From an uncultured archaeon (GTDB lineage Archaea > Thermoproteota > Nitrososphaeria > Nitrososphaerales > Gagatemarchaeaceae), in assembly GCA_963817525.1 (NCBI GenBank), contig CAWFOU010000001.1, positions 544,001 through 608,000 of the forward strand: a stretch of DNA of 64,000 nt. Direction: 5' to 3'. Below the pieces are notes generated by a model that was not told where the DNA came from, did no database searches, and saw nothing but the letters and a program-made list of their open reading frames with translations. Each line of letters opens with the position of its first letter. The stretch's first letter is position 1. Positions 27,669-37,954 of the stretch are shown here, in pieces. The position numbers and the translations under genes are program-made.

Positions 27669-30600
27669 TCACTTTGATTCGGACACCTTTCCGCCCGGCT
27701 TCTTTGCCCGCTTTCTCATGCGGTAGACGAAGAACCCAGTCGAACCGGCGGCCGCAGCGACGGCTATGATGACGAGGACCATTATCAGGCTCAGGGCGAC
27801 CTTTCCCACCGCGACGGACAGGCCCGAGGCTGAGTCACCTCTGATCTGGACGCTCGTCCCCAGGCTCGTGACCTTGGCCGTGTACGTCCCGACCGGGATC
27901 AGCCCCGCGGAGAATGTCCCCTGCTTGCTTGTCGTCCCGGTAAGCGTCGTCCCGTTGGCGAGGGCCATCGAGACCTGCGCCCCCGAGACAGGCAGCCCGA
28001 AGGGATCGACCACGCTCAGCGAAGCGGGATACACCTGGGTGTCCAGCGTGACGTTCAAGGGCGCCCCCTTCACGTGATACGACGGAGGCGGGCTCGGCCC
28101 CACGCTCGCGCCCTCCCATGAGACGTTGACCAGAGTGAAGGTGGTCCCGTTCTCCAGCCAGACGGAAGGCCCCTCGAGGTTGACGGTGGAGTTCCCGATG
28201 CCGAGGACGACCGCGCTGGGCTGGATCGGGACGCTGCCCAAGCCGTCGAAGAACTGGAACTCGACCTGGTATCCGGTCTCGGCGTAGAAGTCCAGCGTTT
28301 GAGGCTGGGTGAACGTGATTGTCGGGGTCGTGAAAGCCGCTGCGGTGGCGGACTGTGGCACGTTGACTAGCGTGACCCCGTCGAGGGCGTAAGACGTCAG
28401 CGTCTCGCGCGTCCCGGCCCCGGAGGTCCCGTTCCAGGTTCTCGGGACCGTGACAGTCACCTTCGTGCCCGCGTCGAAGTAGGAGTCGCCCGTCTGGGAG
28501 GGCGGACTCGTGGTAGGGCGCGTTGGCCCCACGACCGTGAGGAGGTACTGAGTCACCGAGGTCAGCACGATGTCCTGGGCCCCGGTCATCGAGAAGGCGA
28601 CGGTGAACGTCGCGTTGTCGGAGCGCGTCAGGTCGGTCTTCCCGCCGCCGTTCAGGGCGTAGCTGACCACGTCCTCCCTCGAACCCGAGGAGGTCTGGTT
28701 CCAGACCGAGTCGAAGACGGCGCTCACCTTTGTGCCAGCGTCGAACCATCCGGGCGCGTCTCCTGGGAGGGTGGAGTTGGTAGCCGAGACCCAAGCAAGG
28801 GGTGAGGATTTGAGGTGATACTGGACGACTGTCTGCGTCGTGATCGACTCTGGTGTCGAGATGGCCGGCACGGAGAGCACCTGCACCGGCGAGGAGGACA
28901 GCACGGAGGTGGACTTGCCCAAGTTCAACGAAAACGATACCAGCCTCGCCCCCGTCGTCGCCGTCCTTCCCCATATGCCGTCGAGCGTAACGGAGACAGA
29001 GGTCCCGCTGTCGTACCAGTAGCCGTCCTTGGGAATCGGGGTTGGGGTGATGGAAGAGAGCGAGGCGCTCGCTCCTGGATCGAGCGTCACCTCGTACTGC
29101 GTCACGACGGCGGTTGTGACCGCCTCGGGTGATGTGATCGCCATGAGGTTCAACACCTCTACCTGGCCCGTCGACGCGACCAGCACCTCGGCCCCGCCGT
29201 TGAGCGAGTAGCCAGCGAGCCTCTCTCCCGTGCCCGCCGACCTGTCCCACGATCCTTTCAAGATCAGCCCCACCGGACTGGAGGCATCATACCAGCCCGT
29301 GTCGAGCGGGATGGACGGGTTGGTGACGGAGACTAGCGCCGAGGAGGCTCCCTTGTCGTAGGTGACCTGATACTGGGTCACGCTCGTAGCGTTCACGAAC
29401 TGCGGGGCGTTCATCGCCTTGGTAACGATGGTGATAGGTCCGGTCTGGGCGACCTTGTCCACCGGGCCGGAGTCAAGCTCCCACGAGGCGGTCCTCAGGC
29501 CGGTCCCATCCGCGCGCGAGTATGCGCCGCTGAGGACCACTGTCACCGCCGGAGAGCCGGAGTCATACCAGAACGTGTCGTTCGGGAAGGTCGAGGGCGG
29601 CGAGATGGAAGAGAATGCCCCTAGCGCCGCGCCGTTGAGGACCACCTCGTACTGAGTCACGCTGGTGGTCGTGATCGAGATGGGTGTGTCCAGCGAAGAC
29701 GAGTTGTAAGCCTGGATCGCCCCTATCGTGTCGACCGGGATGGTGCGCTGGGCGGTTGCCGAGATGGAAGTGATCCGGTGGCCAACCCCGTCTGCCCTCC
29801 CCCACGTGCCGTTAAGCACGAGCTGGATCGGAGTCCCGCTGTCGTACCAATAGTCGTCTCCCTGGATCGTCGGAGCCGTTATTGAGCGGACGGCGCCCGC
29901 CGCACCCTGGTCCAACGAGATCTGGAACTGGGTCACCGAACTGAACTGGACGGTGTGCGGGCCTTCCATGGATATCGGGATGGTGAGATTCGCTTCCGGC
30001 TTGGCTATTCTGACCACGCTACCCGAGTCGATCTGATAGGAAACGATCCTGTATCCCGTCCCTGCAGACCTGTCGTAGACTCCCGGGGTGCTGACCGTGG
30101 CGTTGTTGCCCGCGTCCACCCACTGATTCGGAAGCGCCCCGTCCACGATCGTCAGCAGGTACTGCTGGTCGTAGACTACGAGGACGTAGTTGTTGGGGTC
30201 GGGCCCCACGATGGTTCCCGTGGCCAACGGGGCGAACCATCTTTCGCTCGACGTCGAAGCTGAGAGCGTGCTCTCCGTGGTATAGGTCGAGTTGTCGTCC
30301 GCCCAGAAGGTCTGGGGCGTCAGCGAGAGGGTGATGTGTTGGGCGTTCCCCGCCGCGAAGTACGTGAGATCCGGCTGCCCCGAGGGTGACGGGGGCTGCG
30401 CCCCCATGACCGAGAACCAGAAGGACTCGAAGTACTGGTGGAAGTAGGTCGCGCTCACCGTCGTGGGGGCGTTGAGCGTGACGGCCGTGGAGTTGTAGAG
30501 CACCCACCGCTCTGTGCTCGGCGAAGCCGTGCAGCAGAGGGCCGAGGGCAGCGAGTACTGCGTGCCGCTGTCGACCCAGACCGCCCCGTCCTTGCTGAGG

Positions 30601-31618
30601 GAGGTCTTGTTCCCAAAGTACTGATATGTGAACGAGGGCTGCGTGAGGCTGCTCGCGTTCCCGCCGACGAAATTAAAGTCGACACCGACGAAGTACTGGT
30701 GGTAGAAGACGGGAGTGATCGAGAGCGGACCTGTGACCGTGCCGTTGTTGTCCTTGGACAGGAGGGTCCCCGAAGGGGTCTGCACCAGGACGGTCCCGAT
30801 CCACGTCTCGTTCGCCCTGGGGGCGCTCGACGCCAGGGGCGAAGTGAACGTGTATTTCGCCCCAGAGTCCAGCCAGGTCGTCTGCGTGAACGAGGTCATG
30901 GCCAGCTCGTCTGGGGCCCCCAGCGAGGTGCTCGTGAGCGCGGGGGGCTGCGGGCCCCCCCGCCGACTATCGAGAAGCTCGAGGACACCAAGAACTGGTG
31001 GTAGTACGTCTCGTTGACTGTCTCGGCTTGGCTGATGGTCCCGCTGCCGGCGGTCTCCAAGATCCACCTCTCGCTCGAGGTCGAACCCTGGAGCTGAGAC
31101 GGGTAGGAGAAGGCCGAAGAGGCGTCGACCCACACCGTCCCCGGCGAGGGTGAAGAGGTCTGCGTGCCCATCTGGAGGAAGCTCACGCTAGGGCCGGAAT
31201 AACCCGTCCCGCCGTCCGTGACGTTGTAGTCGAAGTTGACGCGATATTGGTTGTAGTACGAGAAGGCGACGGTCAATGACGACGATATGTTCCCGGAGAC
31301 GTCCTGGCTCGTTACCCACCTCTCGCTCACGGTAGAGCCCGTGAGGATGGCCTGTGCGCTCCATGTGCTCCCGGCGTCCGCCATGTAGACCGTCGGCGAG
31401 GTGGTGAGGGGCACGACCTCCTGGTCCCCACCGCTCATGTAGGTCAGCTCGTCCTTTACGCCCGTCCCGCCACCTCCGATGATGGAGTAGCTGGCGGTAA
31501 GGGCTACCTGGGAGGGCTGGGCGTGGGCGAGTCCCGACGAGCCGGCGGCGCCCGTCATGAGCAGGCCCCACAAGGCAAAGACCCCGAGACCCATTGTCAA
31601 GACCGCGAGAAGTCTCAA
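27669..31618 (-). pseudogene. Large Ig-repeat surface protein split by a single-base frameshift at G7 (30955-30961)
   Basis: The 5' ORF (30896-31618) has the signal peptide and ERW..YYxQY repeats; the 3' ORF continues the same repeats to a TM anchor. One extra G gives IVGGGGPQPPALTS. Confidence 0.8.
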
Positions 31619-31855
31619 ATCAAGTCACCTTTCAGCAGTCGGCGGGGCACTAGACTCTCTCCCCTGGGCGTCAACAAGGCGAAGGCGCCTCCGAGGGACA
31701 GGTTTGCGCGGCCGCCCGCGCGAAGGAGAACCTCATACCCACTGCTCCAAGGAGCTTAACCAGGCCTCAAATATTTAGAAAATGTATGCCAGATTCATCA
31801 CACTTTTATCATTCGCAAGAGCGATTCCTGCGGAACGCATCTTTTGAGACCCAGG

Positions 31856-32647
31856 ATGCTCAACATCGCGACGCCTTTTCACAAAGACGTGTACGAGCTC
31901 CATCTCAGCGTCGAATCGAAGATAGGCGTGCTCCACGAGATTACGGGCTTCCTTTCTGAGCAGAAGGTCGACATCGTCTCCATGCACATCGAAGCGGCGA
32001 GAGGCAGGACGGCGGACATCGTTGCGTTCCTCGAGATGAAGGAGTCGAATCTCACCATCGACGAGCTCCTGGGGTCGGTAAGGGAGCTCGACTTTGTCCT
32101 GGAGGCGAACGCCGCGAGCAAGGACAGGGTGGTCTTCGAGGAATTCCTCTTCCCTCTCATGGTGGACGAAGACGTCCGCGGCTTCCTAATGACGGAGGGT
32201 GCGTGGATGTCGATAGCAACGAGGCTTGTCCTCACCTACGGGACGGGCGGGCTCGCCATCCTCCACGAGGCAGGCGTCGCCTGTGGGGAGGAGTACGCGA
32301 AGCAGCTGCAGGCCAAGCTCGGCCTGAGGGCCAGCCCGGAGACCGCCGTCGAGAACCTCGAGGTGATGCTTAGGGCGACGGGGATGGGCGTGATCGAGCT
32401 CAGTGCCACGCTCGACGGGTTCCTCGTCAAGGTGGAGCAGCCGGTGATCCAGGCCACCGAGACGAAGATCCACGACCACTTCCTCACGGGGGTGATCTCC
32501 GGAGCGGCGGGGCGACTCTTCGCGACGAGGTATTCGGTCGGGGATGTCCGCTTCGAAGGGGACGAGCTGCGTTTCACTCTGGGGCGTAGGCACGCCGAGC
32601 AGGTGGCGCCTGAGCCGCGGCTCCCAAAGGCAGAGAGCGCCAGGTAG
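31856..32647 (+). CDS. ACT + V4R-like domain sensor protein
   Basis: ESKIGVLHEITGFLSEQKVDI (ACT); GGLAILHEAG..G...GMG...HFLTGVISG (V4R-like). Confidence 0.78.
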   Translation: MLNIATPFHKDVYELHLSVESKIGVLHEITGFLSEQKVDIVSMHIEAARGRTADIVAFLEMKESNLTIDELLGSVRELDFVLEANAASKDRVVFEEFLFPLMVDEDVRGFLMTEGAWMSIATRLVLTYGTGGLAILHEAGVACGEEYAKQLQAKLGLRASPETAVENLEVMLRATGMGVIELSATLDGFLVKVEQPVIQATETKIHDHFLTGVISGAAGRLFATRYSVGDVRFEGDELRFTLGRRHAEQVAPEPRLPKAESAR

Positions 32648-32660
32648 AGAAGCCGCCGGC

Positions 32661-33194
32661 TCAGTTCTGCTTCTTCGTCTGAAGTCCGCTAGCGTCGAAG
32701 GTGAGGTGGCCCGAGTACAGGTTCTTGACCAGGTTCATCATCTTCTCGTCGTGTGCCCTTGAGAGCACCAGGAAGATCGAGGTGACGTCCCCGTGGCTGA
32801 GGATCTCGTTCATCTGCCTGAGGAACTTGTAGCTGTCCTGCAATCCGCGCTCGAGTATGAGCGAGGATATGTTGTCGAAGACGACGGCCTTCGGCTGGTC
32901 CGGGTCCGTGGTGACCGCCTCGTCCATGACGTTGAGGAGCACCGAATAGTCGGATCGAGGGACCATGACCTCGTTCGAGCCCGCGCTCGGCTTTGGATAT
33001 GAGCTCTCGGACAGGATGAAGAATCGGATGCCCGGCACGTCCTTCAGAAGGAGATGGACGGGGCTCCCCTTCGAGGTGAACGCGAACAGGCGCCGCCCGC
33101 TCGCGGCCATCGCCAGTGCGAACTCCTTGACGGCGCGCTCGTAGTTTACAGACGGGTCGGCTTCGAGCAGCATCGTCCCCTTGTAGTTGGGCAC
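32661..33194 (-). CDS. Stand-alone DUF835-like (inactive RecA/KaiC-fold) protein
   Basis: AVVFDNISSLILERGLQDSYKFL...AHDEKMMNLVKNLY; no Walker A. Confidence 0.65.
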   Translation of the reverse strand: MPNYKGTMLLEADPSVNYERAVKEFALAMAASGRRLFAFTSKGSPVHLLLKDVPGIRFFILSESSYPKPSAGSNEVMVPRSDYSVLLNVMDEAVTTDPDQPKAVVFDNISSLILERGLQDSYKFLRQMNEILSHGDVTSIFLVLSRAHDEKMMNLVKNLYSGHLTFDASGLQTKKQN

Positions 33195-33467
33195 CGGATA
33201 TCTCCCTGTCGGCCCTCATTATTAACCGAGGCTGTCGAGAATCGACTTCCATCTCCCGATTCGGAGGCCGGGCGGACCCCTGTGCCGGGCAGCCGCCGCG
33301 TCCCGAGCCCCAAGCGCGGGTTGGCGTCCAATCCGCCTGGTGCCGGCAAACACGACAACAGAGAGTTTGAAGTTCTTGCAGCTCCCAGGGGAGGTAGAGC
33401 CCTCCGATTGTTTCTGATTTAGTAACGTGGTCCTGCATAGTGCGGTAATATCCTTCGTATCGCCAAC

Positions 33468-33716
33468 ATGGCGATGAACAGCCTACTCCTGTACCGACTC
33501 GTCAAGGTCGTCCCCTTCGCAACGGCGGCCTTCTCCATTATCCTGATGTCGCACGGCGTCTTCGGAGTTCACGGGGTGCACGTTTCCGGAGACCCGGGAG
33601 GACCCGGAGCCCCGAACACCCACATGGGAATCAACGGGGATCCAGGTGGACCCGGCGCGCCCAACCTTCGCATGACGACAAGTGGGGATCCTGGCGGACC
33701 CGGAGCCCCTAACTAG
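33468..33716 (+). CDS. Multi-core peptide precursor: hydrophobic leader + 3x GDPGGPGAPN
   Basis: Cores at 33588-33617, 33636-33665 and 33684-33713 are identical in protein but differ at third codon positions; stop directly after core 3. Confidence 0.85.
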   Translation: MAMNSLLLYRLVKVVPFATAAFSIILMSHGVFGVHGVHVSGDPGGPGAPNTHMGINGDPGGPGAPNLRMTTSGDPGGPGAPN

Positions 33717-33720
33717 GGCT

Positions 33721-34812
33721 CTATCTCTTTATTTTCATCTTCTGGGGCAGGACGGCCTCCAGGGCCGCCTGTCTTTCGAAGAACCAGCCTCTCTTGCTGT
33801 CGAAGTTCTCGTAGGGTATCGTGTACCAGAACGTGGTCGAAAGGTCGACCGTCCACGTCTTCCAGTCGTCGACGATGTCCTTCAGGCGCGAGTCGAGGAA
33901 GCGGACCGACTCCATGAAGTAGTCCGCCGGAAGAGCCGAGTGGACCTGGTAGTACCCGTCGCTCCGGCCTCCCTCGAACCAGGTGAAGGGGAAATTGTTG
34001 AAGAGAAGCCTGAGCTTTGCGAGGGCTGCCCTTGAGACTCCGCTGAACTCGTAGATGAGACCTGCCGCCTTTGTGAACTCTTTGGGGGTCACAGACGTCC
34101 AGTTGACGTAGTTCGAGCGCACCACGTCGGAGACATGCTTCCTATAGTGCCATCGGACCGTCCTCTCGTTCAGCCTGAGCTTGCGGGCGATCTCCGCGAT
34201 GTTGCGCCACGAGTCCAGCTCGAGCTCCTTTATTATGAGCAGGTCGGTGACGTCAAAGTCCGTCGCCGTCGAGGGCTCCTCCGTCTTGACCGCGCTCGGC
34301 GGAGGCTCGCTGAGCTTCTCGACCTTCGCCCACTCGACCGTCCATTCTCCCGAGCCAAAGTCGTAGTACCTGCTGTTGAGCTCGGGGTTGCGCGACCAGA
34401 CGAGCCGCTGCGTGGTGTATTCGACCAGGATCTTCTTTTTCACGAGGTCGTCTAGGAATTCGAGGAATTGGTCGACGAGCGAGACTGGGACCGCGAAGAA
34501 GGCGAGCTGCCGGCGCTCGACCGCGGCCTTGCACCAGTAGGTGAGGAAGGCGTTGGAGGAAAGGCCCGTTCGGATGGCCGACTCCGAGGCCTCCGCCTCG
34601 CGTGTGAGCTTCATCGACACGAAGTAGCGTTCGAGCCCGAGTGCCGCGTGGTTGAGCGGGGTCCGTACGTTGAGGCCCATGTTCGGGAACCTCTTCTTCA
34701 TGGTGTAGCGTATGGTCTCGGTGGGCATCCCAGTCATGCGGGAGAGGAGGGAGACGTTCTGGATCCCCACGCGGTTTATCGCCTCTATGAGCTTGGTTAG
34801 GTCGGACGGCAT
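33721..34812 (-). CDS. Tandem (double) Lrp/AsnC-type transcriptional regulator
   Basis: N-terminal HTH (NVSLLSRMTGMPTETIRY...LGL) and second HTH (DVTDLLIIKELELDSWRNIAEIARKL..ERTVRWH); TTATATA at about 34838-34844. Confidence 0.8.
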   Translation of the reverse strand: MPSDLTKLIEAINRVGIQNVSLLSRMTGMPTETIRYTMKKRFPNMGLNVRTPLNHAALGLERYFVSMKLTREAEASESAIRTGLSSNAFLTYWCKAAVERRQLAFFAVPVSLVDQFLEFLDDLVKKKILVEYTTQRLVWSRNPELNSRYYDFGSGEWTVEWAKVEKLSEPPPSAVKTEEPSTATDFDVTDLLIIKELELDSWRNIAEIARKLRLNERTVRWHYRKHVSDVVRSNYVNWTSVTPKEFTKAAGLIYEFSGVSRAALAKLRLLFNNFPFTWFEGGRSDGYYQVHSALPADYFMESVRFLDSRLKDIVDDWKTWTVDLSTTFWYTIPYENFDSKRGWFFERQAALEAVLPQKMKIKR

Positions 34813-35269
34813 CTAGATCACTTGTGGTCTAATTACCTATATAATATCTGCGGGTTCGTGAAAAGGTGGCGGCCTAGTCCCCGTAGAAGGCAGATTTTTC
34901 ATTCTTCTAGTCGCATACGTGTTATTCTATTGAAATATGAATATTGTCTACATTCGACATGAGAATTGTGGCCATTTCTTGATGCTTGAGCCAACTCCCT
35001 CAGTTTGTCGGAAGAGTGGCTGCCCATGGCTCAGTAGTAGGGCCAATGGCCGGCCTTAGTATCCGGAGTCTAGATTCAGGTTCCACATGAAAGAGCCGCG
35101 AATTACTTTATGCATTTGCTGGCACGACTTAAATTCCTAAAGCAATAATGGACGGATGTAGGGCGGATTCGGTGTCAGAGAAAGTGATCTCGGTTTCAAG
35201 GGAGAACGTGAACCTCAGGCTCGTTATCTCCTTCGAGGACGAAAAAACCCCGGCCAAGAGCTTATCGCG

Positions 35270-35319
35270 ATAAGGGCGGATTCTTCCACTTCATAAGGGC
35301 GGATTCTTCCACTTCATAA
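35270..35319. repeat. 23-bp tandem duplication ATAAGGGCGGATTCTTCCACTTC x2 (+ATAA)
   Basis: Exact copies at 35270-35292 and 35293-35315. Confidence 0.9.
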
Positions 35320-35442
35320 CCCATTTCAGCCCGTCGGAAATGCCGACCGCAGACTCCAGCCGCGAACGTGGCGACACGGAGCTGTTGCTCGGAAGAACGA
35401 GGGCTGGCCTGGTCAAGAGACGGAAATCACGGAGGACACCTG

Positions 35443-35895
35443 TCACGGATTGTCATGCGAATCCAATGCCGCGGATGCTATCAACTTGATAAGCTCGGAA
35501 GGGCTTCTTTCTTGGATAGGTTCTTTGTCGAACTCCGCAGTCGCACCGAACTCTCGCTTGATTTCCCTCGTCAGCATGTACTCGAAGACCTTGACCCCAG
35601 CCTCCCCGTAGATGGACTTTAGTCCCTCGATGAACTCATCGGGTTTGTTCGCGATGTCATCCCGTTCAAGATTGCGGGTCACATACAGGTTCCAGAAAAT
35701 GATCTCCTGCGTCTGAGAGCCAGCGCCAATGGCATGAAAGGCTCGGCTGACGCAATCCTTGATCCTGGCCGCGAAGGCAGCCTGTCGCTGTGAGTAGTTG
35801 AAGGCGGCCACCTGGTTGGCATGATAGAGCCCAGCGTTTTTAGGCCTTTGCTCGTCAATCGAGACAGTTGCCGTTTCTTTGATTCGGAGGTACAT
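35443..35895 (-). CDS. NitrOD5/DUF3227-like protein (start uncertain)
   Basis: IG...QEIIFWNL...IANKPDEFIEGLKSIYGEAGVKVFE..I pattern. Confidence 0.65.
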   Translation of the reverse strand: MYLRIKETATVSIDEQRPKNAGLYHANQVAAFNYSQRQAAFAARIKDCVSRAFHAIGAGSQTQEIIFWNLYVTRNLERDDIANKPDEFIEGLKSIYGEAGVKVFEYMLTREIKREFGATAEFDKEPIQERSPSELIKLIASAALDSHDNP

Positions 35896-36069
35896 CGCGT
35901 CATGAATATGCCAAATCGACTGATATCGACATTCTTGCCGTATTCCAGAAGTTCCGACGGAGGTAGAAGAGAACGGCAAGGTCAGCGTAGAGGCAAAAGA
36001 TTGCTCTTGGTCTGAAGATGGAGCAGCAGTTTAGAACAAACTACCATACCGGAATATATCGACGAAAAG

Positions 36070-36285
36070 TTGACGGTTTCTTTGCCCTTGGTGGCTCCCT
36101 CGGACCGGTTCATCCTGTCCAAGACCGACCGGACGGTGATCAGGAAATGCCCATTCTGCGACATTCGACTCGAGGATTTCGTCGGGAAGGATGTCAACTT
36201 CATAGTCCATCTCGGGAATCCAATTCCTTCACACAGAATGAAACGTGAGTGGGCTGATTATGTCACCCGGATGAATCAAGCCTGA
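36070..36285 (+). CDS. Small putative zinc-binding protein
   Basis: CPFC...FIVHL...SH; AT-rich box just upstream. Confidence 0.45.
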   Translation: MTVSLPLVAPSDRFILSKTDRTVIRKCPFCDIRLEDFVGKDVNFIVHLGNPIPSHRMKREWADYVTRMNQA

Positions 36286-36622
36286 ACGCGGAACCTAGAT
36301 TCAGAGTCATGCCAATGTCATGACGAGACGAGCCTTTTCTCCATGAGAATTGATAGGTCACAAGGGTTGACGGGCGCAATATCCGCTCCCGGGTGAGGGT
36401 TTTTCGACAGAGCCTGATTGTGAGCCTATCCCAAGAGAAAGGAGGCCCATCGCGTCGCTCTCCCCGATCTCAACCACCGCGTGGCGCACCGCGCTCGAAT
36501 AGCGCCTCTCTAGTCGAGCCATCCCATACTCACGAGGGGGTTCCCGGTAAAGGCGGAAGGCGTCGTCGATGACAAACGTTTATCTATCCACATTACCATA
36601 AACGTGGACAGCAAGACCAAAC

Positions 36623-36988
36623 TTGATGAATCCGGTATCGGGGATTGAGATAGACCGCTACGTCCGAAAGTATCGGAGAGGGATGGTGAACTCTCTTCTA
36701 GAGTACCTGATTTTGAACCACCTCGAAAAGGAGCCCCTCTGCGGCTACGACATCATAAGACTCCTTCACGAAAGGTTCCACATTCTCTTGAGCCCTGGGC
36801 AGGTCTACCCGGTCATCGACTACATGGCGGCTCAAGGCTTGATCTGCAAGGAGAAGCGCGGCAGGATGGTGATGCTCGCCCTCACCCACCTGGGATCTTC
36901 TCTCTTGCGGGCATGGAAAGAGGAATTCCAGAACATCAAAATTCAGGTGGACAACCTGGCCGCGGAGGAGCTCCACGCTGTATCTTGA
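36623..36988 (+). CDS. PadR-family transcriptional regulator
   Basis: LILNHL..EPLCGYDII...LSPGQVYP...GLI...LTHLG. Confidence 0.85.
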   Translation: MMNPVSGIEIDRYVRKYRRGMVNSLLEYLILNHLEKEPLCGYDIIRLLHERFHILLSPGQVYPVIDYMAAQGLICKEKRGRMVMLALTHLGSSLLRAWKEEFQNIKIQVDNLAAEELHAVS

Positions 36989-37102
36989 TTTCAAGTGGGG
37001 CGAAACCGTCAAAAGCGCTGGCCCGCGTGATAGCGTTATCACGAAGTTCACTACGTTTATTAGTGTATAATCTATTAAGCTAACAGGGAGATGCATTGAA
37101 GG

Positions 37103-37441
37103 ATGTCGTCGAGTTGGGTAGTCCACAGGTTTCGACGGGCCTTTCTGCAAGAGAACCTGATGCTGATCACCCTCCGGCTTCTCAGGAGGTCGGAGATGAG
37201 CGAATGGGAGGCTTTGGATTCCATCTATTCTCGGTACAGGCTGACCCCCGACGCGAAGGAGTTCAAGAAGGTCCTGGACGTCTTGGTGAGCGGGGGGTAC
37301 GTGAGCTCCGAGCCGGCCGATGATGTCCGCGAGCTTCGGATAACGAGGACAGGTGTGAAGCTGCTCCACGCGCTCGAAGAGGAGTACCGGGCCATCGTCC
37401 TGAGCATCGAGACAGAAGCTCCCGGCCCAATAGCCCGCTAG
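37103..37441 (+). CDS. PadR-like winged-helix protein
   Basis: LITLRLL...LVSGGYV...LRITRTG; TATA-like box at about 37066-37078. Confidence 0.7.
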   Translation: MSSSWVVHRFRRAFLQENLMLITLRLLRRSEMSEWEALDSIYSRYRLTPDAKEFKKVLDVLVSGGYVSSEPADDVRELRITRTGVKLLHALEEEYRAIVLSIETEAPGPIAR

Positions 37442-37459
37442 CGGGCTCTACAGTCGACC

Positions 37460-37828
37460 CTATGTGATCTTGTAGTGGTTCGCCGCCTTGACGATGAGGA
37501 ATATCACCAAGGCGATGATTATGAAGGTGAGGACGTTGTTCGCAAAGTCTCCTACGCCGAAGGGGCCAACCATGTATTGGTTGATGTTTTTCCCCGGGGG
37601 CAGGGCGTAAGAGACTATCGGAAGGATCAGGTCTGTGACGAGGGCTTTGACGACATCCCCCAGGTATAGGCCGAGGATGAACGCGACAGCGAGTCCCAGG
37701 ACCTTGTATTGTTCCAGGAATGCCTTGAACTCCTTCGCCATCCCCTTCGGAGCCGCCGGGTCGGGGGGCTTGGTCAGGAGCGCGGTAATCTTGCGGAGCT
37801 CCGCAAGAATCTCTTCGTCCGAGGCCAT
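37460..37828 (-). CDS. mscL: Large-conductance mechanosensitive channel
   Basis: EFKAFL...VLGLAVAFILG...VVKALVTDLILPI...GDF....TFIIIALVIFLIVK. Confidence 0.92.
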   Translation of the reverse strand: MASDEEILAELRKITALLTKPPDPAAPKGMAKEFKAFLEQYKVLGLAVAFILGLYLGDVVKALVTDLILPIVSYALPPGKNINQYMVGPFGVGDFANNVLTFIIIALVIFLIVKAANHYKIT

Positions 37829-37954
37829 CCAGACCGGAGACTTGCTCACGCGGAATATAACGTCTTCGCAGGCGGCCCACCACGAGCTAGCGCTGAGGGC
37901 GCAGGCCCGCATTAGGGCTCATGACGGCGGTCGCACGGAAACCAGGACTGCTGA

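Noticed and set aside
33588-33713. Repeat cores as collagen, lasso peptide or simple VNTR
   Set aside because: There is no sustained Gly-X-Y period. Asp is at position 2 rather than 7-9 and no lasso B/C genes are present. The DNA copies are diverged at wobble positions, unlike a slippage VNTR.
35020-35095. tRNA-like look: GCTC-AGTAGTA-GGGC D-arm and CCGG...CCGG stem with a TAG-containing loop
   Set aside because: Wrong spacing between arms, no TTCRA T-arm and no acceptor-stem pairing. tRNAscan-SE would settle it.
35270-35319. 23-bp repeat as a CRISPR array
   Set aside because: The copies are directly adjacent with no spacer, there are only two full units, and no cas genes are present.
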